This document shows positions 20,837 through 31,620 of a DNA stretch of 64,000 bases, one piece after another. Within the stretch, counting starts at the first letter, position 1; each line of letters opens with the position of its first letter. The position numbers and the translations under genes were made by a program. The stretch is from a virus (lineage: Duplodnaviria > Caudoviricetes): the IMG/VR virus record IMGVR_UViG_2595698451_000001, positions 64,001-128,000 of that record, one strand, 5' to 3'. A model generated the notes under the pieces. The model saw only the letters and a list, made by a program, of their open reading frames with translations. It did not search any database and had not been told where the DNA came from.

Positions 20837-22738
20837 ATGAAATGGAAACGACTAACGGCAAAGAACTTCTTATCTTTCGAAGAGCTAAGCCTTGACCTAG
20901 ATAACCGAGGTATTATCCTTGTGGAAGGGAACAACTTAACAAGCAGTAAGTTTAAGAGTAACGGGTCAGGAAAAAGCTCGTTGTTAGAGCCCCTAGTCTA
21001 CGCCCTATATGACACTACATCTAAGGGGATTAAGGCAGATGATGTGGTGAATAACAAGGTTGGTAAGAACACAGAAGTTATTCTTGAAGGGGTTAAAGGT
21101 GACGATACATACCGAATCGAGAGGTACCGAAAACATAGTAAGAACAAGAATAAAGTTAAGCTGTTCATCAATGGTAAAGAAGTTACAGAGAAGTCCGCAG
21201 CAGAGACAAACAAAACCATCCAGAGAATCATAGGTATCGACTATAACACATTTATCAACAGTATTATGTTCTCCCAAGGTAACGGAGCCGGAAGGTTTGC
21301 TATTGCTACTGACAAGGAGAAGAAAGAAATACTTGAAAACCTTGTACACCTCGACATATATGCCAAAGCACAAGCAGTAGCTAAAGAGAGACTTAAAAAG
21401 AAAGAAGAAGAAATTGCTTTAAAGGAGCAAGAAAAAACCCGGTTAGATTGGGAGTTTGAACGAATCGAAAGCCTAGAGAAGCAGGATAGAGAGAACTACG
21501 AAAACACAAAGCAGATGATCCTACAAGAACACCAGAACATCCGAACACTGGTCGACACGTTAGACAAGTTTACAAGTACCAACTTTCCGGCTGTAGAGGA
21601 GATCAAAGGGCAACTTGAGGAGCTAAACAGGCAGAGGGAGTCTGCGGCAGGGTTCGATGTCTCAGCACATATCCTAGAAGCAGTGAATATGGTAAAGCAG
21701 CAGCTCGCAGAAAAACAAGCACAGTATCAACAACAAGACTATCAGAAAAATCAATTAGTTGAACAATACAAAAAGCTGCACTCCAATACTCACTGCCCAG
21801 TTTGTGGAAACGAACTTGACACTGCCCACAGACACGCTGAGATGGAGAATATTAAACAAAAACTAGCTGTAATACTAACGACCATAAAGCAGCTACAGCA
21901 AGAGATGGAGCCTCTAAACCAGCAAGTCCAAGAAGCTACTGCTAAGTATCAAGAAGCACGAGCTAAGCAAGATGAAGCCAATCAGAACTATCAGAGCATT
22001 GTACAGGCAATCTCTAGAGGTGAGCAGCAAATTAGACAGTATGAGGATACCATCCAACAGTACCGGAATAAGATTGATGCCGCACAGAACACAGTTAATA
22101 AGCTGTCAGAGATAGCGGAACCGAAACCTAGAGATAAGGAACGAAAAGAGGTAGACAAGAAGATTAAGGTCTTCCGGGAGGAACTGCTTAAGCTTCAAGA
22201 AGAAAGATTACAGCTGGAAGACGTAGTGAAAGTGTTCTCCAACTCAGGCGTGAAATCTCACGTATTGGACTTGATAACTCCGTTCCTAAACGAAAGAGCT
22301 AACCACCATTTAGCTACTCTATCTGGACCTGACATGGAGGTCAAATTTAGTACACAAACAAAGAACAAAGACGGCAGTATGTCAGATAAGTTCGATATTG
22401 AATTGATCAACCATGTAGGAGGAGGCAGCTATAAGTCTAACTCAGAAGGTGAGAAGAAGCGTGCCGACTTAGCAATTTCTTTAGCCATTCAGGACTTAGT
22501 GATGGGTCGAGGAGAGCCGCCAACTAATTTCATTGTATACGATGAAGTATTTGATGCGCTGGACAGCGTAGGTAGTGAAAACGTAGTAACCCTACTAAGA
22601 CAGCGAGTACATACAGTGGGAACCATTTTTGTAATTACACATAGCGAACACTTAAAACCACTATTCGACAAGGTCATAACTGTAACAAAAAATAAAAGTG
22701 GAGTATCCACAGTAGACGGAGGAGTAGAAACATCATGA
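20837..22738 (+). CDS. sbcC: SbcC/Rad50-like ATPase
   Basis: NGSGKS, CPVC zinc hook, SEGEK signature, YDEVFDALD. Confidence 0.88.
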   Translation: MKWKRLTAKNFLSFEELSLDLDNRGIILVEGNNLTSSKFKSNGSGKSSLLEPLVYALYDTTSKGIKADDVVNNKVGKNTEVILEGVKGDDTYRIERYRKHSKNKNKVKLFINGKEVTEKSAAETNKTIQRIIGIDYNTFINSIMFSQGNGAGRFAIATDKEKKEILENLVHLDIYAKAQAVAKERLKKKEEEIALKEQEKTRLDWEFERIESLEKQDRENYENTKQMILQEHQNIRTLVDTLDKFTSTNFPAVEEIKGQLEELNRQRESAAGFDVSAHILEAVNMVKQQLAEKQAQYQQQDYQKNQLVEQYKKLHSNTHCPVCGNELDTAHRHAEMENIKQKLAVILTTIKQLQQEMEPLNQQVQEATAKYQEARAKQDEANQNYQSIVQAISRGEQQIRQYEDTIQQYRNKIDAAQNTVNKLSEIAEPKPRDKERKEVDKKIKVFREELLKLQEERLQLEDVVKVFSNSGVKSHVLDLITPFLNERANHHLATLSGPDMEVKFSTQTKNKDGSMSDKFDIELINHVGGGSYKSNSEGEKKRADLAISLAIQDLVMGRGEPPTNFIVYDEVFDALDSVGSENVVTLLRQRVHTVGTIFVITHSEHLKPLFDKVITVTKNKSGVSTVDGGVETS

Positions 22739-23328
22739 AATTAACTGTAGATCACGCAGTAGACATGCTGCTGCTTGAAGTAGAAACAACCGGAGAGGAA
22801 AAGAAACATATTTATCTATCCACAGAAAATGTTCATTACTGGTACCCGTTAAACACTAATTTTTCGTATAGGTACTCTAATGCGAAAGAGCAGCTGTACC
22901 TAGTTCAAGAAGGGGGATACACTGGGGATAACGTTTACGGAGCAGACATTTTGAAGAGATCAAAACAGCTAGTAGTCAACAAGGATGGTTTTTTAATACA
23001 CCCGGAAGTGCTGGAAAGAAACATGTATATTATGGATGAGGCAGCGTCAATGGGGATTCCTACACTAATACACTCTTACAATGGCTATGACGTGGAGGAC
23101 GGGTTTGATACTCTAAGTAGCTGGATCAAAGAGAGAAAAGAAATAATCGAAGACAGATTTATGGCGCAAGACGCCGAAGCTTGGACGATTACTCAGACCG
23201 AACTTAATGAGGAATGGGATACTAAGTTATACAGTTATGCAACAGACGAAGAGTTAAAGCAGCTTCAGGAGCTTGGAGAAATATATACCATGTTATGCTT
23301 AATGAGAAAACTAGCAGAAGGGAGATAA
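22735..23328 (+). CDS. Conserved hypothetical protein
   Basis: ORF track; translational coupling. Confidence 0.65.
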   Translation: MKLTVDHAVDMLLLEVETTGEEKKHIYLSTENVHYWYPLNTNFSYRYSNAKEQLYLVQEGGYTGDNVYGADILKRSKQLVVNKDGFLIHPEVLERNMYIMDEAASMGIPTLIHSYNGYDVEDGFDTLSSWIKERKEIIEDRFMAQDAEAWTITQTELNEEWDTKLYSYATDEELKQLQELGEIYTMLCLMRKLAEGR

Positions 23329-23332
23329 CAAC

Positions 23333-24424
23333 ATGTTCATGGATTTAATACATGAGGAATTAGGTAACAGCAAGGACTCAGGTAAAGACACTCGATTTAA
23401 CTGCCCTTTCTGCGGGGAGGACGACCATAAGTTCTATGTCCGTAAAGATGCTCCGCATCTTTGGAGATGTTTTAAGTGCCCGGAGAAAGGTAACGCCGTT
23501 TCCTTCGTTATGAAGTTCTATGAGGTATCTTATCCAGACGCTGTTGATATCTTAGAGACATACGACTACGATGTAGAACTGCATCAGAACAACGATTTTG
23601 CAGCCATCAGCGGAGCTAGACCTGACCTATCTCCAGAAGAGCAGCTACTCCTATATATTTCACATATGTCGAATCCTATAGAAGAGGAAGAGAATATAAA
23701 GCTTAGGTGTCCGAAAGTACCTCCTACGTGCAAATCATTAATAGACAACTGGGATAACCCCGAAGCGTTCCCATTCTTCGCTTACTTACATCGCCGGGGA
23801 GTTACTCCAGAACACATTCAGCAGCACAGTATTAGTTACATTGTAGATGACCTGCTGGAACTCCCTTCGTATGATGAAAGAGAAAAAAGAACAATGCGTA
23901 TAAAAAATCACGTAGTGTTCTTCACAAAGGACAACGAGGGAAACCCAATATACTGGAATACTCGGAGCATTGACCCAAACCCTTTTGTTAAGTCTATCAA
24001 CGCACCTAGTACGCCCGAAGAGTATTCTAAGAACAACACAGTATTCAATCTTAATAACGCTAAGCATGCGGATAAGATTGTCATTCATGAAGGGGTATTC
24101 GACAGTATAATGACCCCGGGATGTGGGGTAGCCACCTTTGGTAAGCAGATCACCCAAGCGCAGCTAGAGCTTCTGCTAAATGAGACAAGGGGACGTAAGC
24201 TTCCGATCTACCTGTATTTAGACACCGATGCTTGGAGAGAGATGATTGATACAAAGAACAGGATTAAGGCTATAGAGCCAGATAGATTGGTATACTATGT
24301 CTACAGTGGATCGGATGACGATGCGAACAAGTTAGGGATTGAAAGGGTAAGTGAACTCATTAGCAATGCATTCATAGCAGATGCCACATCGGATGTACAG
24401 TTAGAGTTATTAAATTATGTGTAA
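23333..24424 (+). CDS. dnaG: DNA primase
   Basis: CPFC..CFKC zinc finger; TOPRIM EGVFD, YLDTD, DAN. Confidence 0.88.
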   Translation: MFMDLIHEELGNSKDSGKDTRFNCPFCGEDDHKFYVRKDAPHLWRCFKCPEKGNAVSFVMKFYEVSYPDAVDILETYDYDVELHQNNDFAAISGARPDLSPEEQLLLYISHMSNPIEEEENIKLRCPKVPPTCKSLIDNWDNPEAFPFFAYLHRRGVTPEHIQQHSISYIVDDLLELPSYDEREKRTMRIKNHVVFFTKDNEGNPIYWNTRSIDPNPFVKSINAPSTPEEYSKNNTVFNLNNAKHADKIVIHEGVFDSIMTPGCGVATFGKQITQAQLELLLNETRGRKLPIYLYLDTDAWREMIDTKNRIKAIEPDRLVYYVYSGSDDDANKLGIERVSELISNAFIADATSDVQLELLNYV

Positions 24425-24497
24425 CTTAAAGTGTTGACAGTACACAGACTGTATGATATAGTATATTGTATAGTCACATTATAAGGAGGAAAATTAT

Positions 24498-25258
24498 TTG
24501 AAAGAGATTGATGTTCTATATCAACTTGGAAAGGGTGCTGTAGCTCCAACGCAGGGTTATGAAGACGACTTTGCTTATGATATGTACGCTGCGGAAGGTC
24601 GGCTAGTACCTCCGAGGAACTACTTCTCAGTTATTGTTCCCACTAACTTAAAGACTGCTTTTGACCCTATCGCTGCTGGACTTAAAATCTCCTTGCGTAG
24701 TGGTGTGGCAGTTAAAACACCTTTGGCTATCTCTAACTCACCGGGAATCGTGGAAGGTACATATCGAGATGGGATCGGCATTTTAGTACGTAACACCTTC
24801 ATTGATGACAGCTTAGTGGACTTTGTAATGACTGTGGAGGGTAAACAACTCCCGGTAAGCAAAGTACCTAAGAAGGTTTTACAAGAAGCCAGACGTTTCT
24901 ATGATAAGGAGTCTGAAGCGTTAGGTTATGCTGAGCCGACTACTCCAGAAGGTATGGCATCGGATAAGGTAGCCTATCGTACTCATGTGCCTCGGGGGAC
25001 GGTTTACATTGCCAGCACGACCGTATCGCTCAAATGCACTTCTCAGAGAAGATCATAGCTAACTTCAAAGAGCATAAAGGAACACTGCCTGCTTCGGTAC
25101 GTGGGGAGAACAAGTTCGGTAGCTCAGGGACCTCAGTAAACATCCCGAAACAACCGAAGTACCTTGAACCAAACCCGCTAGATGAGGTGATCGAAGCTCA
25201 ACAGAAAACCCTCAAGCAGGCTATCGAGAACGCCCAAAAGCTAGAGAAAAAGGAGTAG
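24498..25258 (+). CDS. dut: Trimeric dUTPase with insertion; apparent one-base deletion near 25013
   Basis: AYDMYA, LRSG, GIVEGTYRDG; repaired frame gives HDRIAQ..RGENKFGSSG. Confidence 0.8.
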
Positions 25259-25262
25259 CCTT

Positions 25263-25592
25263 ATGAAAGACACACTCATACTGGATTATCTAAAAAAGTT
25301 GTCGGAGTGCTCTAACGCAGAGGAGGCTACTTACGTCCGAATGTTGGAAGGTAACCAAGAGTTAACACTGGACCAAGTTGCTACAGCTATGCGGACAATG
25401 GTAAGTCAGTTAGTAGACTATATTGATGAGTCTAATGAAGCTGCCCAGAAACTTCAGGAGATGCGTTTAATTGCTATTCTAGAAGAGCTACCGGAAGATA
25501 TCCAAGAAAGAGTAAGACACAAGTTTTTAGAAGTTGATGATGATTTACTAAATGATGATAATGAAGGAGATAATCAAAATGACAAACAATAA
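25263..25592 (+). CDS. Hypothetical protein
   Basis: ORF track; RBS. Confidence 0.65.
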   Translation: MKDTLILDYLKKLSECSNAEEATYVRMLEGNQELTLDQVATAMRTMVSQLVDYIDESNEAAQKLQEMRLIAILEELPEDIQERVRHKFLEVDDDLLNDDNEGDNQNDKQ

Positions 25593-25965
25593 AAGCCAAG
25601 AACCTATCTCAGCGCAGGACCTAAACGTGTACTTTAATTACTTAATCACGCAGCACGTAGATAACGAAAAACATGCTAAGCAGATCAACCGCCTCTCTAG
25701 ACGTACAACAACACTTAGTGATGTTGCAGTTGTGTTCAATAAGCTGGTAGACCATCAAGAACGGAAGATCACTCAACTTATGGAAATAGTTCGCAAACAA
25801 GAGAAACTCCTTAAAAAACTAGGAGCAACAGCCGATATGTTTGCAGAAGTTGACAAGGAGTACGAGGAGGAACTCGACATGATTAGGAAAATGATTGAAG
25901 AGAACCAGAAAGGCAATGCAGGGGTTGTGCCTACTGAATCAGAGAAAGAAGAAGATGAGGATTAA
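25579..25965 (+). CDS. Hypothetical coiled-coil protein
   Basis: AAGGAG RBS before ATG 25579. Confidence 0.65.
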   Translation: MTNNKSQEPISAQDLNVYFNYLITQHVDNEKHAKQINRLSRRTTTLSDVAVVFNKLVDHQERKITQLMEIVRKQEKLLKKLGATADMFAEVDKEYEEELDMIRKMIEENQKGNAGVVPTESEKEEDED

Positions 25966-26225
25966 TGGCTAAATATCGGAAGAAGCCTGTTGTCGTAGAT
26001 GCCTTCCTCTTTAATGTCGATACCACTCCTGACTGGTTTCTCGAGAAGGTAAACTCAAGAGAGATAGTACTGGGGTACGAGATGGATTCTAGATTTTGTA
26101 TGATACCTACTTTAGAGGGTACAATGTGCGGGTCAGAAGGAGACTATATTATCAGAGGGGTTCAAGGGGAGATTTACCCATGCAAAGCAGATATATTCGA
26201 ATCGACATACGAAAAGGTGGAGTAA
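25965..26225 (+). CDS. Widespread small phage protein (YRKKPV...GDYII.GV.GE.YPCK family), function unknown
   Basis: Recognisable family motif. Confidence 0.7.
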   Translation: MAKYRKKPVVVDAFLFNVDTTPDWFLEKVNSREIVLGYEMDSRFCMIPTLEGTMCGSEGDYIIRGVQGEIYPCKADIFESTYEKVE

Positions 26226-26228
26226 GTT

Positions 26229-26783
26229 ATGGCTAAGAAATCCAAAGTAAAAGGCTCGGCATATGAACTTAAAATTGCGAAGCTTCTGACACCATGGTGG
26301 GGTGCTGGTACATTTAACCGTGCCCCTGCCTCTGGCGCACTGCACTGGGGGCGAGATCAACGGGTTGCTGGAGATATTGTAGCTCCTCCCGATGCAAAAT
26401 TCCCTTTTGTGATTGAGTGTAAGAAGAGAGAAGAGTGGACTATGGACCATGTCCTACTGGACATCGGACAGCCTAGAGAGTGGTGGAAACAGGTCGTAAT
26501 GGACGCCCGTAGAGTTGAGCAAGTACCTATCCTTATCTTCTCTCGAAACAGAGCTAAAGACTTTATCATGATTCCGTATGAACCCTCTATGTATGACAAG
26601 CTAAACGCAGTAGAAAAAGCAGCTATGATTACCACAGTCAGTATTAACAACATAAGAGACGAAGTAGAATACTTCGATGTAATTGTAAGTACATACGACT
26701 CGTTAACAAAGATACCCCCCTCAGAGGTTAAAGAATATGCTGCCGCTGTAGACTGGGATAAGTACAAGGATGAATACCAGTAA
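26229..26783 (+). CDS. Holliday junction resolvase (PD-(D/E)xK fold)
   Basis: KGSAYELKIAK, GDI, IECKK motifs. Confidence 0.8.
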   Translation: MAKKSKVKGSAYELKIAKLLTPWWGAGTFNRAPASGALHWGRDQRVAGDIVAPPDAKFPFVIECKKREEWTMDHVLLDIGQPREWWKQVVMDARRVEQVPILIFSRNRAKDFIMIPYEPSMYDKLNAVEKAAMITTVSINNIRDEVEYFDVIVSTYDSLTKIPPSEVKEYAAAVDWDKYKDEYQ

Positions 26784-26821
26784 AGAATAAAAAAAAATTC
26801 CCCTACAATATAGTTGAAAAA

Positions 26822-26880
26822 ATACTATATGTAGGGGGTTTTTATGAATTTAGGGACTATACAAACACTATATTATGTGT
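26822..26880 (+). promoter_or_regulatory. Two putative NrdR boxes upstream of nrdI
   Basis: ATACTATATGTAGGGG (26822) and ACACTATATTATGTGT (26865) versus consensus acaCwAtATaTwGtgt; 43-bp spacing. Confidence 0.5.
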
Positions 26881-26938
26881 TACAATATGACTGTAACCTT
26901 CTTAAAATAAGACTGTAACAAAGGAGGGACTTCGGAGA

Positions 26939-27316
26939 TTGTTACTTACATATGAAAGCAAGACAGGGAATGTCAGACGCTTTATTGGTAAGGTCGAGAA
27001 GGGGTACAGCATTAAAACAGAGGAAATCACTGAAGACCTTAAGGTACAGGAACCTTTTATCCATGTAACTTATACTACAGGGTTCGGACAGGTACCTGAC
27101 AAAACTCTAAAATTTATAGAAAACAACAAGAACAACTTCGTAGGCGTAGCCGTGAGCGGCAATCGAAACTGGGGAGATAGATACGGATTAGCCGGAGACA
27201 AACTCTCCGAACAGTTCAATGTCCCTCTACTACATAAATTCGAGATGAGCGGAACAGCTACAGACCTTGACAAGTTTATACAGGAGGTAAAGATCATTGG
27301 AAAACAATATTCCTAA
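26939..27316 (+). CDS. nrdI: Class Ib RNR flavodoxin NrdI
   Basis: SKTGNVRRF, TYTTGFGQVP, SGNRNWG, KFEMSGT. Confidence 0.92.
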   Translation: MLLTYESKTGNVRRFIGKVEKGYSIKTEEITEDLKVQEPFIHVTYTTGFGQVPDKTLKFIENNKNNFVGVAVSGNRNWGDRYGLAGDKLSEQFNVPLLHKFEMSGTATDLDKFIQEVKIIGKQYS

Positions 27317-30003
27317 GTGGGTACGACTTAACAACGAGATCATGATTCAGAAGGACGGCAAGTTCCAGTTTGAAAAGGACAAAGAAGCCGTTCATAGCTA
27401 TTTTGTGGACTATGTGAATCAGAACACTGTGTTCTTCCACAACCTTAAAGAGAAGCTTGACTACTTGATCGAAAACGAGTATTACGAAGAGGAGTTTTTA
27501 TCTAAATACTCTTTCGAGGATATCAAAGAGGTTTTCAAGCTGGCTTACAGTAAGAAGTTCCGTTTCCCTTCATTCATGAGTGCATTTAAGTTTTATAATG
27601 ACTACGCACTTAAAACAAATGACAAGAAGAAGCTGCTTGAGCGTTATGAGGACCGCATCTCTATCGTAGCTCTATTCTTTGCTGATGGGGACACTGAGAA
27701 GGCTAAGCAATACGTTGAAATGATGATCCAGCAGGACTACCAACCAAGTACACCTACATTCCTTAACGCAGGCAGAAAAAGACGTGGAGAACTTGTCAGC
27801 TGCTTCCTGATGGAAGTCGGGGACTCCCTAAATGACATCTCTAAGGCTATTGATATGTCCATGCAGCTTTCTAAATTAGGCGGAGGAGTGTCATTAAACC
27901 TTTCTAAGCTCCGTGCTAAGGGGGAAGCTATTAAAGGTGTAGAAAACGCTACTAAGGGTGTCGTAGGGGTAATGAAGCTATTAGATAATGCTTTTAGATA
28001 TGCCGATCAAATGGGTTGAGTTGGCTCCTTTCGTCAGTAATGGCGATTGAAAAACCTCTTTAATTGCTGGGAACTCCTTATGGGACAATCAGCAGCGAAG
28101 CCTCGTTTGAGGAACGTTCAACGACTAGCCGAAAGGCGTAGGCTACAAGCGATTGGTAGTCGAAATGGGAGGCATCCTTCGGGATGAAGATATAGTCTAA
28201 TCTTCATGGTAACATGAAGCAGCCATATGGCGGGACGTGCGTAGCGAACACGTCTGAATAGTCTGCAAAGACAAGGATCAGGTGCGGCATACCTAAACAT
28301 ATTCCACAGAGATATAAGTGACTTTCTCGATTAATTGGTAGTCGCCTACGGTAGCAATACAGTAGTGAAAACTTTGTGAACGCAAGCAAAAGCGGTGTCC
28401 TTATTAAGGGCTAACGGGGGAACCTCAGCGAGTAGTGTCGGTGGCAATCCCGTGCCAAGCCGAGCACCAGAGGAGGTGTTTATATGAACGCTGTATATAG
28501 GATAATAAATAAAACAAATGGAAGGTTCTACACTAGTAGGGTTAATAATCCAAGATTTAAAAACTATTACAGGTGCTCGGAAGGTGTAGAGACTAATTAG
28601 TAAGCCAGAGATTAGCACTGGTTGAAGCGCAAAGCACCCTACAGGGGTGAAGATATAGTCCAACCCTCTTAGAAATAAGGGGATAGTTGACCAAGAAAAT
28701 CTCTGCGGACGAAGATGTACGTGTGAAGACCCTCTCTATCGGTGTAGTCATCCCTGATAAGTTCGTAGAGCTTGCACGAGAAGATAAGGACGTATTTGTG
28801 TTCTATCCACACACTGTCTATAAAGAGTACGGGCAGCACATGGATGAGATGGATATGAACGAAATGTACGACAAGTTGGTTGAGAACCCTAATGTCAAGA
28901 AAGAAGCTCTAAACGCTCGTAAACTTCTTGAGAAGATGGCAATGCTCAGATCAGAGTCAGGATACCCGTACATCATGTTCCAAGACAACGTAAACAAAGT
29001 ACACGCCAATAATAACATCTCAAAAGTCAAGTTTTCAAATCTATGTTCGGAAGTTCTCCAAGCATCTCAAGTTTCTAACTACACAGACTACGATGAAGAG
29101 GATGAAATTGGATTAGATATCTCTTGTAACTTAGGTTCTATTAACATCCTGAATGTAATGAATCATAAGACGATTAAAGAAACTGTTAAGCTGGCTACAG
29201 ACTCGCTAACTAGGGTTACTGATACTACACGTATTGTCAACGCTCCGGCAGTAAACCGAGGAAACCAGCTCATGAAGTCTATTGGTTTAGGTGCAATGAA
29301 CCTGCATGGGTACCTTGCTACTAATGGAATTGCTTACGAAAGCCCTACTGCCCGGGAGTTTGCTAACGTCTTTTTCGCTGCTGTAAACTTCTACTCCATA
29401 GAGCGTTCTAACGAGATCGCTGTAGAAACAGGAGAGACATACGAAGGATTTGAAGGCTCTACATACGCTTCTGGTGAGTATTTTGACAAATACATTAACA
29501 ACAGTTTCCTACCAGAGTCAGATAAGATTAAAGAGCTATTTGAGGGTATGGAACTTCCAACTAAAGAGGACTGGGCAGCCCTTAAAAAGAAAGTTATGAA
29601 GGGCGGCATGTATCATAGTTACAGACTATGTATCGCCCCTACAGGATCAATCTCTTATGTACAGTCTAGTACGGCTTCTGTCATGCCTATCATGGAGAGA
29701 ATTGAAGAGCGTACATACGGAAACAGCAAAACCTACTACCCTATGCCGGGACTGTCCTCTAATAACTGGTTCTTCTTTAAAGAAGCTTATGACATGGATA
29801 TGTTTAACGTAGTAGACATGATCGCTACAATTCAGCAGCATGTTGACCAAGGGATTAGCTTCACATTGTTCCTTAAGGACACAATGACAACTAGAGACTT
29901 AAACAGAATCGACTTGTATGCACATCACAAAGGTATTAAGACCTTGTATTATGCGAGAACAAAAGATACAACTCAAGAAGGATGCCTATCGTGTGTAGTT
30001 TAA
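27297..30003 (+). CDS. nrdE: Class Ib RNR alpha subunit in three exons: 27297-28016, 28266-28331, 28690-30003
   Basis: Splicing restores YADQMG|QRQGSGAAYLNIFHRDISDFLD|TKKISADEDVRVK; SNLCSE; C-terminal CLSC. Confidence 0.93.
28017..28265 (+). ncRNA. Group I intron 1 of nrdE (249 nt, no ORF)
   Basis: Exon ends in U, intron ends in G; P AATTGCTGGGAA, Q AATCAGCAG, R GTTCAACGACTA, S AAGATATAGTCT; P1 GGGU/GCUC. Confidence 0.9.
28332..28689 (+). ncRNA. Group I intron 2 of nrdE (358 nt) with endonuclease relic in a loop
   Basis: U/G boundaries; guide TTGGT pairs with 3' exon ACCAA; AACGGGGGAA, AATCCCGTG, GTAGAGACTA, AAGATATAGTCC. Confidence 0.9.
28484..28600 (+). pseudogene. Internally deleted GIY-YIG homing endonuclease remnant (38 codons)
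   Basis: AGGAGG RBS then MNAVYRIINKTNGRFY, matching the GIY-YIG N-terminus. Confidence 0.65.
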
Positions 30004-30050
30004 AAGGTATCTCACTATGAAAAATCAATATGAAACTAAGGAGCGAATAT

Positions 30051-30131
30051 ATGGGTGACTTTAACGTAACACCGCAACAGTCAGCAAATGGATTTACGGT
30101 ACTCGAACTATTCTGCGGAGGAGGACTCTGA
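30051..30131 (+). pseudogene. N-terminal stub of a C5-cytosine DNA methyltransferase (26 aa)
   Basis: AAGGAG RBS; MGDFNVTPQQSANGFTVLELFCGGGL* ends in motif I (FxGxG). Confidence 0.6.
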
Positions 30132-30307
30132 TGGAGCTTGATAGAGAACTTAGCGAGTTAGGTTATCGTATTCGCAGAGCCATACACCATGGAGAGTGTT
30201 TCTACGAGGAGAGCGAGCTACTAAGCTTTCTCTCCGAGCTTAAAAAATTGGAAGAACTAACAAAGAAACATTATGCAGAGAATCAGGAGGAACGTTTAGA
30301 TGACTGA
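30131..30307 (+). CDS. 58-aa hypothetical protein
   Basis: GGAGGAGG RBS; [16 protein letters not shown]...; overlaps nrdF start. Confidence 0.55.
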   Translation: MELDRELSELGYRIRRAIHHGECFYEESELLSFLSELKKLEELTKKHYAENQEERLDD

Positions 30308-31282
30308 AAAAATTTACACCGCTGCGGACTGGTCTAAACCAGACGATGACTTTACACAGATGTTTTACAACCAGAATGTCAAACAGTTCTGGCTCCCGGA
30401 AGAAATTGCCCTTAACGGTGACTTGCTTACTTGGAAGAATCTTAGTGTACAGGAACAAGATACTTATATGAAGGTTCTGGCTGGTCTTACATTACTAGAC
30501 ACGGAGCAGGGGAACACAGGGATTCCTACCATTGCTGAACATATAAACGGACACCAGCGAAAAGCTGTACTGAACTTCATGGCTATGATGGAAAACTCGG
30601 TGCATGCTAAATCGTACAGTAACATTTTCCTTACACTAGCACCTACTGAAAAGATTAATGAAGTATTCGAGTGGGTTAAGAACAACAAGTATCTTCAAAA
30701 GAAAGCGAAGATTATTGTATCTGTTTACGAGAGTATTGAAAAAGGTAACGATGCTTCACTATTTATGGCTCTAGTAGCGTCTGTGTTCCTTGAAAGTTTC
30801 TTGTTCTATAGTGGTTTCTACTACCCGCTATATTTCTACGGTCAAGGCAAGCTCATGCAGTCAGGAGAGATTATTAACTTAATCATCCGGGATGAAGCAA
30901 TTCATGGGTCTTATATTGGCTTACTTGCTCAAGAGATTTACAATAAGCAAGATGAAGAAACCCAAGGTGTCTTTAAAGCTAAGGCTATGGAGCTGCTCAG
31001 GGCTCTGTACGATATGAGATGGACTATACAGAGGATGTGTACAGTTCAGTAGGTCTGACAGCCGATGTTAAAAAGTTTGTCCGATATAACGGGAATAAGG
31101 CTCTTAACAACTTAGGCTGGGAAGGTACCTTTGAAGAGGAAGACGTTAACCCAATTGTTATTAATGGATTGAGCACAAAGACAAAATCCTTTGACTTCTT
31201 TTCGATGAAGGGGAATGGATACAAGAAGGCTACAGTAGAGCCACTACAAAACGAAGATTTCTATTTTGGGGAGAGAGACTAA
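30300..31282 (+). CDS. nrdF: Class Ib RNR beta subunit; apparent one-base deletion near 31013
   Basis: [27 protein letters not shown]; repair gives YDNEMDYT..SFDFFS. Confidence 0.9.
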
Positions 31283-31518
31283 TGAGTAAACTTATTCTTT
31301 TGAAAAAGCACAATTGTACAGGGTGTGAGCTAGTAGACCTGTACTTGACAAATGAAGGGGCAGACTACCGCACGTATGACGTAGAAGAGGCGCCGGAAAT
31401 TGCAGCACAGTATGAGGTAATGTCTGTACCAGTCCTCATCAAGCTGGACGATGAGGGGAACGAGCAGGAGCGCATTGTAGGGTACGCCCCTAGTGCTATA
31501 AGTGAAATGATTGAGTAA
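31282..31518 (+). CDS. Thioredoxin/NrdH-like redoxin
   Basis: CTGC active site, VMSVP cis-Pro, ERIVGY. Confidence 0.85.
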   Translation: MSKLILLKKHNCTGCELVDLYLTNEGADYRTYDVEEAPEIAAQYEVMSVPVLIKLDDEGNEQERIVGYAPSAISEMIE

Positions 31519-31620
31519 GCAAGGGAGCAGGACTTTATGTCTTGCTCTTTTTTTTTTGTTGACAAACTTTGGTACAGTACGGTAGACTGTAACTATCTTA
31601 TAAAATACAGGAGGTTACTC

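Noticed and set aside
25965-26225. Assignment as a known anti-defence sponge (Tad1, Tad2, Acb2)
   Set aside because: The sequence does not match those families as I recall them; left as a widespread protein of unknown function.
28017-28019. Stop-codon readthrough or recoding at nrdE TGA and polA TAG (36460)
   Set aside because: Both stops lie within the first nucleotides of group I introns and are removed by splicing.
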